A stretch of DNA of 55,962 nucleotides from Rikenellaceae bacterium DTU001 (GCA_001512885.1 LFSZ01000097.1:872-56833), one strand, 5' to 3'; counted from the first letter of the stretch, positions 10,580-20,144 are shown. Numbers and translations: made by a program. The notes: generated by a model from the sequence alone, not told the origin.

Positions 10580-10587
10580 TAAATTTG
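10580..10587 (+). promoter_or_regulatory. Bacteroidota -7 promoter box (TAAATTTG = TAnnTTTG)
   Basis: Exact TAnnTTTG consensus, ending 19 nt upstream of ATG 10606. The TTG used as the start in the ORF track (10585) is part of this box. Confidence 0.45.
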
Positions 10588-10605
10588 CATAAAAATCATA
10601 AAATT

Positions 10606-11886
10606 ATGAAATTATCAATAATACAAGATGCTGATTTAAAAGACAAATTAGTTTTAGTGAGAGTAGATCATAACGTAGTCGAAAAAGGGTTGATACATGA
10701 TCCATATCGTATAGACGCTACTATAAGCACATTATATTATATTGTATCGCATGGGGGTAAGTTAATACTGATGACACATGTAGGACGTCCTAAAAACAAA
10801 AAAGATGGCACAATAAACATAAGCAATGATACTAGCGTAGAGCCTATAGTGGAGTACTTACACAACAAATTAAATCTTAATTTTAAAATTCCAGAATTCT
10901 ATGTGAATGAACCCTATGGTATACAGGATATAGATACATCAGTTAATAATTTGATAAAAGAATTAAAATTAGGAAAAATTGATGGTATTTACTTACCTAA
11001 TACTCGATGGTATAGAGGCGAAGAGGATAAAGGTGAATGGCAAGAGAGACTTGCTAATCAACTAGCTGGCTTAGCCGATATATATGTGAATGATGCTTTC
11101 GGTTCATGGCAGCCACACGTGTCTACCTATACTATTACTAAATATCTACCTAGTTATGCAGGATTATTATTACAAAAAGAAATCAATAATCTTGATAAAA
11201 TCTTTTCGCCTATTAAACCTATGATAGCCATAATAGCTGGTGCCAAATTTGATACTAAAATAAATAGTTTAAAAGCTCTGATAAAAGATGTAGATTATTT
11301 AATGCTTGGTGGTGTTATTTTAAATGCTTTTTTAGCTGCTAAATACAAGATATCTATAAAAGGTATAGATGATGATAATTTGTCAATGGCAAAAGAATTT
11401 GTAGACTTTGTCCAAACTAATTATCCTAATAAGCTAATAGAACCTCGTTATATAGTAGAATCTGATACCATGGAAGGTAAAATAGAGGGGCATTACAAAA
11501 TCATAGATGTGAAAAGCTTAAAAGCTGGTGAAACACTAAATTATGTATTAGATGTAGCTCCTGAATCTTTTAATGATCCTAGTATAATAGAAAAATTCAA
11601 ATCTGCGAAAACTTTTTTTGTAAATGCTGTGATGGGCTATGCTCCACATTTTAATGATGGTACTATAGCTTTAAATGAATTAATCAATTCTAATAATGAT
11701 GCTATAAAATTATATGCCGGCGGTGATACTTTGCAAGAGCTCAAACGCTTATTACCTGGTATATATATGAAAGCACTGGATGATTCTAAATTTTATATGT
11801 TTACTGGTGGTGGTGCAGTATTGACTGCTATAGAGCAGAATTCTCCTTATGGTATGGAGCCTGTAAAAGCATTGCTAATTGATTAG
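10606..11886 (+). CDS. pgk: Phosphoglycerate kinase family protein (divergent)
   Basis: PGK signatures VRVDHNV, THVGRPK, AGAKFDTKI, AGGDT, FTGGGA. The start is moved to ATG 10606 (MKLSIIQ...). The canonical FGTAHRAH block reads FGSWQPHV here, and there are N-domain insertions. Confidence 0.7.
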   Translation: MKLSIIQDADLKDKLVLVRVDHNVVEKGLIHDPYRIDATISTLYYIVSHGGKLILMTHVGRPKNKKDGTINISNDTSVEPIVEYLHNKLNLNFKIPEFYVNEPYGIQDIDTSVNNLIKELKLGKIDGIYLPNTRWYRGEEDKGEWQERLANQLAGLADIYVNDAFGSWQPHVSTYTITKYLPSYAGLLLQKEINNLDKIFSPIKPMIAIIAGAKFDTKINSLKALIKDVDYLMLGGVILNAFLAAKYKISIKGIDDDNLSMAKEFVDFVQTNYPNKLIEPRYIVESDTMEGKIEGHYKIIDVKSLKAGETLNYVLDVAPESFNDPSIIEKFKSAKTFFVNAVMGYAPHFNDGTIALNELINSNNDAIKLYAGGDTLQELKRLLPGIYMKALDDSKFYMFTGGGAVLTAIEQNSPYGMEPVKALLID

Positions 11887-11990
11887 AATATTTGCTAGAT
11901 TAATTATTCTCTTTTTGAGTTATTATTTTAAAAATTACTTTTTATAATTTTTTGTAATATTAGCTTATTAATGCGTTATATTGATTTATT

Positions 11991-13025
11991 ATGCTGAATA
12001 TAAAAAAAATTTTAATTTCTAGAACAGACAATATCGGAGATTTAGTTTTGACATTGCCATTAGCTGGTTTTCTTAAACAAAATTTTCCTGATATACAGAT
12101 AGCATATTTAGTAAAAGATTATACTAAGCCAATAGCTGACTCTTACAAATACATTGATGAAGTTTACTCGATAGATAAGATAAATGAAGAAACTAAAGAA
12201 AAAGAAAGAATAAAGCTCATAAATTCAATAGATGCTGATGTAATTATTTTTGTTTATCCAGATAGAGAAGTAATGAGTTTAGTAGCTAAATCAAATATAT
12301 CTCGACGTATAGCTACTTCACATCGTACATATTCATGGAGATATGCAAGTAATTTAGTTAATTTTTCTAGAAAAAATTCATATTTACATGAAGCTCAATT
12401 AAATTTTTTATTACTAAAACCACTTCAAATCGATTATTTACCTTCGATTAATGAATTATTGCAATGGTATGGCAAAGATAAATTTTATATTAAACCTATA
12501 CCAAAAGATTTAATCAATGATTTTGCAATATCTCCTTATCGTCCTATAATTATACATCCTGGTTCTATGGGCAGTGCTCCCAATCTATCTCCACAACATT
12601 TTTTAGATTTAACTAACAAATTAGTAGAATTAGGCGAAAATATTTATATTACAGGTAATGAAAAAGAAGGTTTGTTATGGCAACCATATTTTGACAAATT
12701 AAATGTTAAAACTTTGTTTGGTTCATTAAATTTATATGAATTGATAAGTATCATATCTAAAGCCAAGGCTGTCATAGCTAGTAGCACGGGTCCATTACAT
12801 ATAGCAGCAGCTCTGGATACAAATGCTATTGGATTGTATGTGCCAATAGGCACTTATGCACCTCATAGATGGTCGCCAATAGGCAAAAATGCTAAGGTGT
12901 TAACTCCAGCTTATCATAAAATTAGTTGTAAAAGTAAATGTATAAGTCCAAGTAATTGTACTTGTATAAATGAAATAAAAATAGAAAAAATTATAAATGA
13001 AATATATGATATTGAGACAGAGTAA
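11991..13025 (+). CDS. Glycosyltransferase family 9 (heptosyltransferase-like)
   Basis: 344 aa. The N-terminal ILISRTDNIGDLVLTLPLAGFLKQNFPD pattern and the C-terminal SSTGPLHIAAAL block are typical of GT9 LPS heptosyltransferases. Confidence 0.8.
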   Translation: MLNIKKILISRTDNIGDLVLTLPLAGFLKQNFPDIQIAYLVKDYTKPIADSYKYIDEVYSIDKINEETKEKERIKLINSIDADVIIFVYPDREVMSLVAKSNISRRIATSHRTYSWRYASNLVNFSRKNSYLHEAQLNFLLLKPLQIDYLPSINELLQWYGKDKFYIKPIPKDLINDFAISPYRPIIIHPGSMGSAPNLSPQHFLDLTNKLVELGENIYITGNEKEGLLWQPYFDKLNVKTLFGSLNLYELISIISKAKAVIASSTGPLHIAAALDTNAIGLYVPIGTYAPHRWSPIGKNAKVLTPAYHKISCKSKCISPSNCTCINEIKIEKIINEIYDIETE

Positions 13026-13280
13026 TAGCTCATTTATTATGCAAATTGTATTTTAATTTTTTATACAAAAAAATTTAGTATTAAATCACTTGGCCGACGT
13101 CAATTAATGATTATTAGTAAATTCATGTCTAAATATATATATGTAAAGAATATAGAAGAGTGTAAGAGATAAATGTAAAATAATATTATTTTACAAATTT
13201 TCAATATTAATACAATAAAAAAATAAGAGAAAAAGAATTAGATATGATCAAAAGGGATTGTATTTAAAGGGAATATAAAA

Positions 13281-14291
13281 CTAATATATGTTAAAGTTTA
13301 CATATGTTATATTCACTAACTCTCTATACCGATACCACGCCCACCTGTCCGAGGATGCAAGATTGAGCATTCGCCCAGTATTGCTTACAGTCTTGCCTGT
13401 GAGGTATTTACCCATCACTACATACCACATAATGTAGTTTTGCAGGTATTTGGTAGCTACGCCCCTAAATTTGAAATATATCCAATTCGTGAATTCACTG
13501 GCCTTTTTCTTGACAGTACTTAGGCTATATATACCTCGCTTTTGCCTATTGCTAGTTACTATTTCCTTGTGCTTGATTACATTCCTTCTAACCTTTTTGA
13601 ATGCTTTTTTATTACTGCTACACATGACTCCATCCTTTGGCATCTTAGCCTTCAGAAATTGCTCTATCTGTTCTGGACTTAGCTTTTTGCCATCAAATTT
13701 TTTGAATAATAAATTGCCAGCTCTGTCAGTAGCAGCCAATACGGCTACTTTCTTTGGCTTTTGCTTCCTGGCTCGATTCAGCTCTTCTGCATTTTTGTAT
13801 ATTCTGCCTTTTTCAGAATAATCCATCAATAGTTCGTCCATTTCTACTACTCCGAAAAAATTGATATTATCTTCGAAACTTTGTAGAGCTGCCAATATCT
13901 TGTGTCGCCAAGCGAAGCTTGTTGGTAAGCTGATGCCCACTTCTTTAGCACAACCTCTGAGACTTTTGCCTGCTACCATACATCTGATGTAGTCGAGCAT
14001 TTTTTCTTTCTTTTGTAACCTGTAAACAAAAGTTCCAGTGGTAACCCTAAACTGTCTGCCACAGTCTTTGCAGCGATAGTTTTGCATCCCATTTTGTAAA
14101 CCATTTTTAATGATGTGATTGCTACGACAGTCTGGACAGAGTGGCGGGGCACTGAGTATTTTCAGACCTTGATAATCTACTACATCAGCTTCTAATTTTT
14201 TCATTAGAGAATAAAGATTGTCTAAGAATTCTTTATTCTCTTCCTTACTCATAGCTAGGTATTTGCTGGTATTCTCTACTATTTTTTTCAT
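13281..14291 (-). CDS. IS1595-family (ISXO2-like) transposase
   Basis: 336 aa. N-terminal zinc ribbon CPDCRSNHIIKNG..YRCKDCGRQF, HTH GKSLRGCAKEVGISLPTSFAWRHKIL, then a DDE-type region (VVEMDE...). By eye roughly half the residues are identical to the window-edge transposase. Confidence 0.9.
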   Translation of the reverse strand: MKKIVENTSKYLAMSKEENKEFLDNLYSLMKKLEADVVDYQGLKILSAPPLCPDCRSNHIIKNGLQNGMQNYRCKDCGRQFRVTTGTFVYRLQKKEKMLDYIRCMVAGKSLRGCAKEVGISLPTSFAWRHKILAALQSFEDNINFFGVVEMDELLMDYSEKGRIYKNAEELNRARKQKPKKVAVLAATDRAGNLLFKKFDGKKLSPEQIEQFLKAKMPKDGVMCSSNKKAFKKVRRNVIKHKEIVTSNRQKRGIYSLSTVKKKASEFTNWIYFKFRGVATKYLQNYIMWYVVMGKYLTGKTVSNTGRMLNLASSDRWAWYRYRELVNITYVNFNIY

Positions 14292-14360
14292 GAATTAAAA
14301 TTTTTGTAAAAATATAAAAAATATTTAACATATAAACTTGAAAAACTTAAACATTTATTA
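13282..14360 (-). mobile_element. IS1595-family insertion sequence, type B (complete copy)
   Basis: A single transposase ORF flanked by imperfect terminal inverted repeats. TAATATATGTTAAAGTTT (13282-13299) matches the reverse complement of 14343-14360 (TAATAAATGTTTAAGTTT) at 16/18. The leader resembles that of IS type A (..TTTTACAAAAA..AATT-ATG). No target-site duplication is visible. Confidence 0.6.
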
Positions 14361-14540
14361 ATTTATTTCCAAAACGTTATAAATGAATGTAAAAATCAAT
14401 ATTTAAGAAAGATTATGATTTATTTAATGAACAATATTTTTAAACATATATGACTAGATTTTTATTTTTTTGAAAAATCTGAAATTATAAATTCATTACA
14501 TATAATTTCTATTATTTTGCAATAATTAAAAAAAAAAGGA

Positions 14541-16169
14541 ATGGTTAAACAAAAAAACTATACAAAAATTTATTTGCTTTTAGCATCTATTACTGGTGGA
14601 GGTTTATTATCACTCAGTTGGCCTTTGAGAGGTTTTCCTTTATTATCTTTAATTAGTTTAGTGCCTTTTTTATGGATTTTAGATTATATAGAAAATCACA
14701 GAACAGACTTTGTAGGAGGCGCTGTTTTTCGATATACTTACCTTGGCTTTTTATTGTGGAATGCTGCTACTAGTTATTGGATATGGTATGCTACGGCCGT
14801 AGGTTCTATATTTGTAATTTTAGTTAATGCAGCACTTATGTCTTTTAGTCTGCAATTAGCTTTTAATTTAAAAAAATGGCTTGGTAGTAAAAGTAAAATT
14901 GGTATAATTTACATAATTTTGTGGCTTTGCTTCGAATATTTACATTTTAATTGGGAGCTTAGCTGGCCGTGGCTCAGTTTGGGTAATGTTTTTGCTACTA
15001 TGCCGGCTATTGTGCAATGGTATGAGTTTACTGGCATTTTAGGTGGTACATTATGGATATGGCTTGTAAATATATTTATTTACTATATAATTTTATCAAT
15101 TTACAATAAGCAATTAAAAGAAAGAGTTTTTTACATTTATTTGATTATTTTATTTTTTTTATTAGCAATACCACTTACATATTCTTTATTTAGATATAAT
15201 AATATTAATTTAAAAAATTCAGATGAAGTTAATGTTTTAGTTTTGCAACCCAATTTAGATCCTTACAAAGAAGAATTTACTATTTCTCCGCAAGAAAATA
15301 TAACTAGGATAAAAAATTTAATAGATGAGATAAATGCTGAGAAAGTAGATTTTTTTTTAGCACCAGAAAGCAATATACAAGAAGGTATATGGGAAAATAA
15401 TTTTGATGATTCGTATAGTATAAATGAAATAAAAAAAATTTTAAAAGAAAAATATCCTAATGCTTTATACATAACAGGTGCATCTACTTATAAAATTTTT
15501 GAAGATGGTGAATCATTGACTAGTACAGCTAGATACAACAAGTATCATGATTTTTATTTTGATGCTTACAATTCAGTCTTATTTATTGATACATCTGGTG
15601 TAGTCGGTATTTATCACAAAATTAAATTAGTTGCTGGAGTAGAGCAAATGCCTTATAAAAAAATTATAAAACCAATCGAGAAATTAGCTATAAATCTTGG
15701 TGGTACTACTGGTAGTTTGGGTAAAGATTCAGTACCTTATGTACATCCACATTATAAGGCTAATATTGGGGTTGCTATTTGTTATGAATCAGTTTTTGGC
15801 GAATTTATTTCTGATTTTGTTAAACGTGGTGCTAATGTTTTATTTGTAATAACAAATGATGGTTGGTGGGGAAATACAGCTGGTCATCGACAACATTTCT
15901 CTTATGCATCTCTTAGAGCAATAGAAACTCGTAGAGAAATAGCTAGATCGGCTAATACTGGTATTAGTTGCGTAATAAATAAACGTGGAGATGTTTTAAA
16001 GTCAACAAATTACTGGGAAAAAACTGCTTTTTTAACTACTATGTCTCTTTGGAATGATGAAACTATTTATACTAAACATGGTGACTACATTGGTAGAATA
16101 GCAGTATTTTCTTTATGTTTAATAATTTTAATTGATATTATAAAGCTTATTATTAAGAAGATTCATTAA
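14541..16169 (+). CDS. lnt: Apolipoprotein N-acyltransferase
   Basis: 542 aa. A multi-TM N-terminal half, then a CN-hydrolase domain with APES (Glu), HKIKLV (Lys) and the catalytic-Cys block VAICYESVF. Confidence 0.9.
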   Translation: MVKQKNYTKIYLLLASITGGGLLSLSWPLRGFPLLSLISLVPFLWILDYIENHRTDFVGGAVFRYTYLGFLLWNAATSYWIWYATAVGSIFVILVNAALMSFSLQLAFNLKKWLGSKSKIGIIYIILWLCFEYLHFNWELSWPWLSLGNVFATMPAIVQWYEFTGILGGTLWIWLVNIFIYYIILSIYNKQLKERVFYIYLIILFFLLAIPLTYSLFRYNNINLKNSDEVNVLVLQPNLDPYKEEFTISPQENITRIKNLIDEINAEKVDFFLAPESNIQEGIWENNFDDSYSINEIKKILKEKYPNALYITGASTYKIFEDGESLTSTARYNKYHDFYFDAYNSVLFIDTSGVVGIYHKIKLVAGVEQMPYKKIIKPIEKLAINLGGTTGSLGKDSVPYVHPHYKANIGVAICYESVFGEFISDFVKRGANVLFVITNDGWWGNTAGHRQHFSYASLRAIETRREIARSANTGISCVINKRGDVLKSTNYWEKTAFLTTMSLWNDETIYTKHGDYIGRIAVFSLCLIILIDIIKLIIKKIH

Positions 16170-16303
16170 TTTAGCATTATTGAATTATAAAAATTATAAA
16201 TACTTATCTTTCAAAATTTTGTTTTATCAAAAATTATATCAGACAATGATTTCAACTTGATATTATAATTTTATAGTAATTTATTAGATTATTAAACAAA
16301 ATT

Positions 16304-17278
16304 TTAATCTGTTAATCCTGATATAGGGATTTGCAATTTTTTACTAATAGCTATTAACATTTCTTTTGTCATTTTAGCAAGATCATAGTCTGGTTGCCAA
16401 CCCCATTCTTCTCTTGCACAGCTATCATCAATAGATTGTGGCCAACTATCGGCTATGGCTTGTCTAAAATCTGGATTATAATCAATTTTAAAATCTGGGA
16501 TATATTTTTTAATTTCATTAGCCAACTCTTCTGGAGTAAAACTCATGGCAGTTACATTGAAGCCTGAATGATGCTTTAGATTATTTATATCAGCTTCGAG
16601 CAGCATTATAGTTGCTTTAATACAATCAGCCATATACATCATTGGTAAGCGAGTATCAGCTTTTAAAAAACAATTGTAATACTTATTCTTTACAGCTTCA
16701 TAAAAGATTTCTACTGCATAATCAGTAGTACCACCACCTGGTAATGTCATACTACTGATTATGCCTGGGTATCTTATTCCTCGTATATCTACTCCAAATT
16801 TCATAAAATAATAATTACCTAGTAATTCTCCTGATACTTTTGTGATACCATACATAGTGGTGGGTTGTAGTATTGTGTCTTGAGGTGTGTTTATCCTGGG
16901 AGTAGTAGGACCAAATACAGCAATTGAACTAGGTACAAAAACACGTTCCAATTTCAATTCATTTGCTATCTCTAAAGTGTTTATTAGCCCATTTATATTA
17001 GTATCCCATGCTTTTAGTGGTTCTTGCTCACCTTTAGCTGAGAGTATTGCAGCTAAATTTATAATAGTGTCTATGTTATAATCTATACATGCTTGTTTAA
17101 ATTTATCAATATCTCTAACATCGAATTGCACAGAAAATTCTTTCTTTGCTAATTCCTTTGGTAGAGGAGGATAATAATATGCTAATACTATATTTTCTTC
17201 TCCATATCTTTTTTTCAATGCAGGTGTTAATTCTGATCCTATCTGGCCTGTTGCACCAATTACTAATATCTTTTTCAT
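16304..17278 (-). CDS. NAD-dependent epimerase/dehydratase fold protein, SDR-type L-threonine 3-dehydrogenase-like
   Basis: 324 aa. Rossmann motif VIGATGQIGSEL, catalytic YGITKVSGE (YxxxK). The N-terminal ALKKRYGEENIVLA resembles extended-SDR threonine dehydrogenases. The specific substrate is inferred. Confidence 0.6.
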   Translation of the reverse strand: MKKILVIGATGQIGSELTPALKKRYGEENIVLAYYYPPLPKELAKKEFSVQFDVRDIDKFKQACIDYNIDTIINLAAILSAKGEQEPLKAWDTNINGLINTLEIANELKLERVFVPSSIAVFGPTTPRINTPQDTILQPTTMYGITKVSGELLGNYYFMKFGVDIRGIRYPGIISSMTLPGGGTTDYAVEIFYEAVKNKYYNCFLKADTRLPMMYMADCIKATIMLLEADINNLKHHSGFNVTAMSFTPEELANEIKKYIPDFKIDYNPDFRQAIADSWPQSIDDSCAREEWGWQPDYDLAKMTKEMLIAISKKLQIPISGLTD

Positions 17279-17361
17279 AGTTTTTTTTTTTACAAACTTA
17301 CTAAAAAATATTAATTATATTTAGTTATAAACTTAAAATTTTTATAGAAAATATTTTTTAT

Positions 17362-17369
17362 TAATTTTG
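17362..17369 (+). promoter_or_regulatory. Bacteroidota -7 promoter box (TAATTTTG)
   Basis: Exact TAnnTTTG, ending 20 nt upstream of ATG 17389. Confidence 0.45.
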
Positions 17370-17388
17370 CTCACTAAAAGGTAACTTT

Positions 17389-18162
17389 ATGAAGCGTGTA
17401 GATATTAAAAAATCTAAAGGGGTAGCTCTCATCACAGGTGCTTCTAGTGGCATTGGAGAAGCATTTGCAAAGGAGCTAGCAGCTATGAATCATGATATAA
17501 CAATAGTAGCTAGGAGGCAAGATAAATTAGAACAATTATCAGCTGAATTAAAAACTAAACATAATGTAAATATAAATATTATCCCAGCAGATTTGGCCAC
17601 GGAAACTGGAATAGAAAAAATAGAAGAATATATTAGTTGCACTAAAGATTTAGATTTACTAATAAATTGTGCTGGTTTCGGTTTGAGAGGTGATTTTCAT
17701 AATCTCGATAAAGAAAATATTTCTCAAATAATAGATGTACATCTAAAAGCACCTTCTAGATTTTGTAAAGCAGCTATTCCTGTGATGCGAGATAGAGGTT
17801 ATGGCTATATCATAAATGTATCATCTCTAGCTGCTTTTTTCCCTTTCAAAGGTAGTGCTATCTACGTAGCTACTAAGATTTATTTAGTTTATCTCTCAAA
17901 AGCAATACAAAAGGAAGTACGACGGTATAATATTAAAATACAAGCTTTATGTCCTGGTGTTACCAATACAGGTTTTCATTATACTGAAGCATTTAAAGAT
18001 TTCGATCGTTCCACAGTACCTAAAAATCTATGGATGCAACCAGATGTAATAGCTAAGAAATCTATAAATGCTTTGAAAAATCGAAAAGTAGTTTACATAC
18101 CAGGCTTTAAAAACAAAGTCATGGGAGTACTAACTCAGATTGGCAATTTGATTTTTCCCTAA
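17389..18162 (+). CDS. Short-chain dehydrogenase/reductase (classical SDR)
   Basis: 257 aa. TGASSGIG cofactor motif, NVSS, catalytic YVATK. Confidence 0.85.
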   Translation: MKRVDIKKSKGVALITGASSGIGEAFAKELAAMNHDITIVARRQDKLEQLSAELKTKHNVNINIIPADLATETGIEKIEEYISCTKDLDLLINCAGFGLRGDFHNLDKENISQIIDVHLKAPSRFCKAAIPVMRDRGYGYIINVSSLAAFFPFKGSAIYVATKIYLVYLSKAIQKEVRRYNIKIQALCPGVTNTGFHYTEAFKDFDRSTVPKNLWMQPDVIAKKSINALKNRKVVYIPGFKNKVMGVLTQIGNLIFP

Positions 18163-19588
18163 TTATCCATAATAATATAAAGGTTATTAGTGCATTTAAA
18201 ACTAAAACTTCCCACCCGACCATAAATTGTAAGTTGGTTTTTAATATTTTCATAATAGCAAAGGAGCATAATGGACTAAACAATACTACCTGCCATATAC
18301 TACCTCCATCTATATTAGCTTTGGTTAAAATGCCAAAAGTAAATAAGCCTAATAATGGCCCATAAGTATATCCAGCTATAGTGTATAAAGTATCCAATAT
18401 TGCATTATTATTTACCATATAAAATAACATTATCAATATAAACATGCCCGCTGATACGCACCATTGTATAAGCATTCTATATTTACTTAATTTTTGATTT
18501 GATTTGATTTTTTTTGGTAAATCTAATAGATCTATTGTAATAGAAGTAGTGAGAGCTGTGAGGGCTGCATCAGTACCAGAAAAAGATGCTGCTATCAAGC
18601 CAATAAAAAATATTATACCTACCATTTCATTCATATAGTAAAAAGATATTGTAGGATACAAATAATCTGTCGTTTGCAGTATAGCTATATCTTTAAAATC
18701 AGCATAGAGATACAATGAGCCACCAAGTATCAAAAATATTAAATCTACTATTGCTAGTATAATACTAAATATTAGTATGTTTTTTTGTGAATTTTTTAAA
18801 GTAGATATAGATAAATTTTTTTGCATCATCTCTTGATCTAGTCCAGTCATGGAAATAGTAATAAACATGCCGCTTAGTAATAATTTAGCCCAAAAATTTT
18901 TTGATGATGGATCTTTGTCTATTATATAAAAATACTCACTATGAAATACCTGATTTAGCAGCTCATTCACGTCGATATACATAAATTGAGCAATAAAATA
19001 TATTGTCAATATTAATGATGCTATCATAAATGTAGTCTGCAGTGTATCTGTCCATACAATAGTTTTGACTCCACCTACGAGTGTGTATCCATGAATGATC
19101 AGAAGGAAAATGATAGTACTAAACCAGAATGGTATACCGAAATTGCTGAGTACAAAATGCTGAAGTATTACTATTACTATAAACATTCGCAATGAAGCTC
19201 CTATCGAACGTGAAATTATAAATAACCACGATCCAGATTTTTGAGCTTGTATGCTAAATCTATTTTTTAAATATTCATATATAGAGGTGACATTATTATT
19301 ATAATATATAGGCAAAAGCACAAAGGCTATTACGATGTATCCTATTACGAATCCTAATACTACAACTAAATATGTGAACCCATTATTACCTACTAAACCT
19401 GGAACTGATACAAATGTAACTCCAGTCAATGATGTACCTATCATGCCATAAGCTACTAAATACCATGGAGCCTTTCTATTTGATAAAAAATATGATTCAT
19501 TATTTGCTTTTCGCGAAGTTAGATAAGCTGCTACAAATAGCATAAAAACATAAGATAAAAATATAACCAGTAAAAGTGTAGGATTCAT
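18119..19588 (-). CDS. Sodium:solute symporter family transporter
   Basis: 489 aa with about 13 hydrophobic segments. The N-terminal pattern YFLSNRKAPWYLVAYGMIGTSLTGVTFVSVPG is typical of SSF. Its 3' end overlaps the convergent SDR gene by 44 nt. Confidence 0.8.
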   Translation of the reverse strand: MNPTLLLVIFLSYVFMLFVAAYLTSRKANNESYFLSNRKAPWYLVAYGMIGTSLTGVTFVSVPGLVGNNGFTYLVVVLGFVIGYIVIAFVLLPIYYNNNVTSIYEYLKNRFSIQAQKSGSWLFIISRSIGASLRMFIVIVILQHFVLSNFGIPFWFSTIIFLLIIHGYTLVGGVKTIVWTDTLQTTFMIASLILTIYFIAQFMYIDVNELLNQVFHSEYFYIIDKDPSSKNFWAKLLLSGMFITISMTGLDQEMMQKNLSISTLKNSQKNILIFSIILAIVDLIFLILGGSLYLYADFKDIAILQTTDYLYPTISFYYMNEMVGIIFFIGLIAASFSGTDAALTALTTSITIDLLDLPKKIKSNQKLSKYRMLIQWCVSAGMFILIMLFYMVNNNAILDTLYTIAGYTYGPLLGLFTFGILTKANIDGGSIWQVVLFSPLCSFAIMKILKTNLQFMVGWEVLVLNALITFILLWIIREKSNCQSELVLP

Positions 19589-19821
19589 TTTTTTGATGAC
19601 AAAATTAAATAAAGGATAATAAATGTAAAAATTTGGTATTATTATTTAAATAGCTAGTTAAGATGAACCAAAAGATTAGATATTTAGAATTTTTTTTAAA
19701 AAAATAAATCGTAAATTGTTTATTATTTGCAATTTAGAATTATTATATTGAAATCAAAACTTATATGATTTAAACAACTTATAAGCTCGTCAAGCCATTT
19801 CTGATTAAAATATTTTTTTGC

Positions 19822-20111
19822 TTCTATAACGTTTATTGTGGGTAATCAAATTTTAGATTGTTACATAAAAATAACTATCTTTAATTATTTAGGTTGTTTA
19901 TTTTACCACAAAGGGCACCAAGTTATTACACAAAGTTCACAAAGTGCCATTTATAGTCTTTTTAATTTCATCCTTCTCTGTGTTCTTTGTGCATTCTTTG
20001 AGAACTTTGTGGTTAATATTTGATTATCCTATAACAAAAAAACCAATATTAAGAAATTTTTTATAAAACTACTCTTTTTTTTAATCTTTACCCATACAAA
20101 ACGTTATAGAA
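19822..20111. mobile_element. MITE-like element: 24-bp terminal inverted repeats enclosing inverted arrays of CACAAAG-type units
   Basis: TTCTATAACGTTTATTGTGGGTAA (19822-19845) matches the reverse complement of 20088-20111 at 21/24, with the first 13 nt perfect. Inside are four units on the + strand (19905-19944: CCACAAAG, GCACCAAG, TACACAAAG, TTCACAAAG) and four on the - strand (19976-20014), facing each other across a 27-nt spacer. Confidence 0.5.
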
Positions 20112-20136
20112 CCATTTTTTTTTAATTTAATTTTTT

Positions 20137-20144
20137 TACATTTG
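20137..20144 (+). promoter_or_regulatory. Bacteroidota -7 promoter box (TACATTTG)
   Basis: Exact TAnnTTTG, 22 nt upstream of ATG 20166. The track's TTG start (20142) lies inside this box. Confidence 0.45.

Noticed and set aside
14370-14381. Dispersed CAAAACGTTATA-type motif. Copies at 14370-14381, 20097-20108, reverse complement of 19825-19836, reverse complement of 48046-48057 and reverse complement of 22941-51, each pointing toward a downstream gene; a related TTTGCTTCTATAGGTTTATGTG lies at 38522-38543
   Set aside because: It is tempting to read it as a LacI/PurR-like operator (AAACGTT core) or as solo TIRs of the 19822-20111 element. However, in DNA this AT-rich, exact 10-13-mer recurrences are expected many times by chance over 56 kb (my rough estimate gives tens to hundreds of such pairs). 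Only the pair bounding the 290-bp element has extended 21/24 support. A genome-wide motif enrichment test would be needed before making any claim.
19905-20014. Possible CRISPR-like or tandem repeat array
   Set aside because: The units are only 8-13 nt, they are contiguous without spacers, and they sit in two inverted blocks. There are no cas genes. This is not CRISPR architecture.
19838-20023. 61-aa ORF in the track (..HQVITQSSQSAIYSLFNFILLCVLCAFFENFVVNI)
   Set aside because: It lies entirely within the palindromic CACAAAG repeat element. Its sequence is a translation artefact of the repeat units (CACAAAG read in reverse gives L-C-V/F-type strings), and it starts with GTG with no promoter context.
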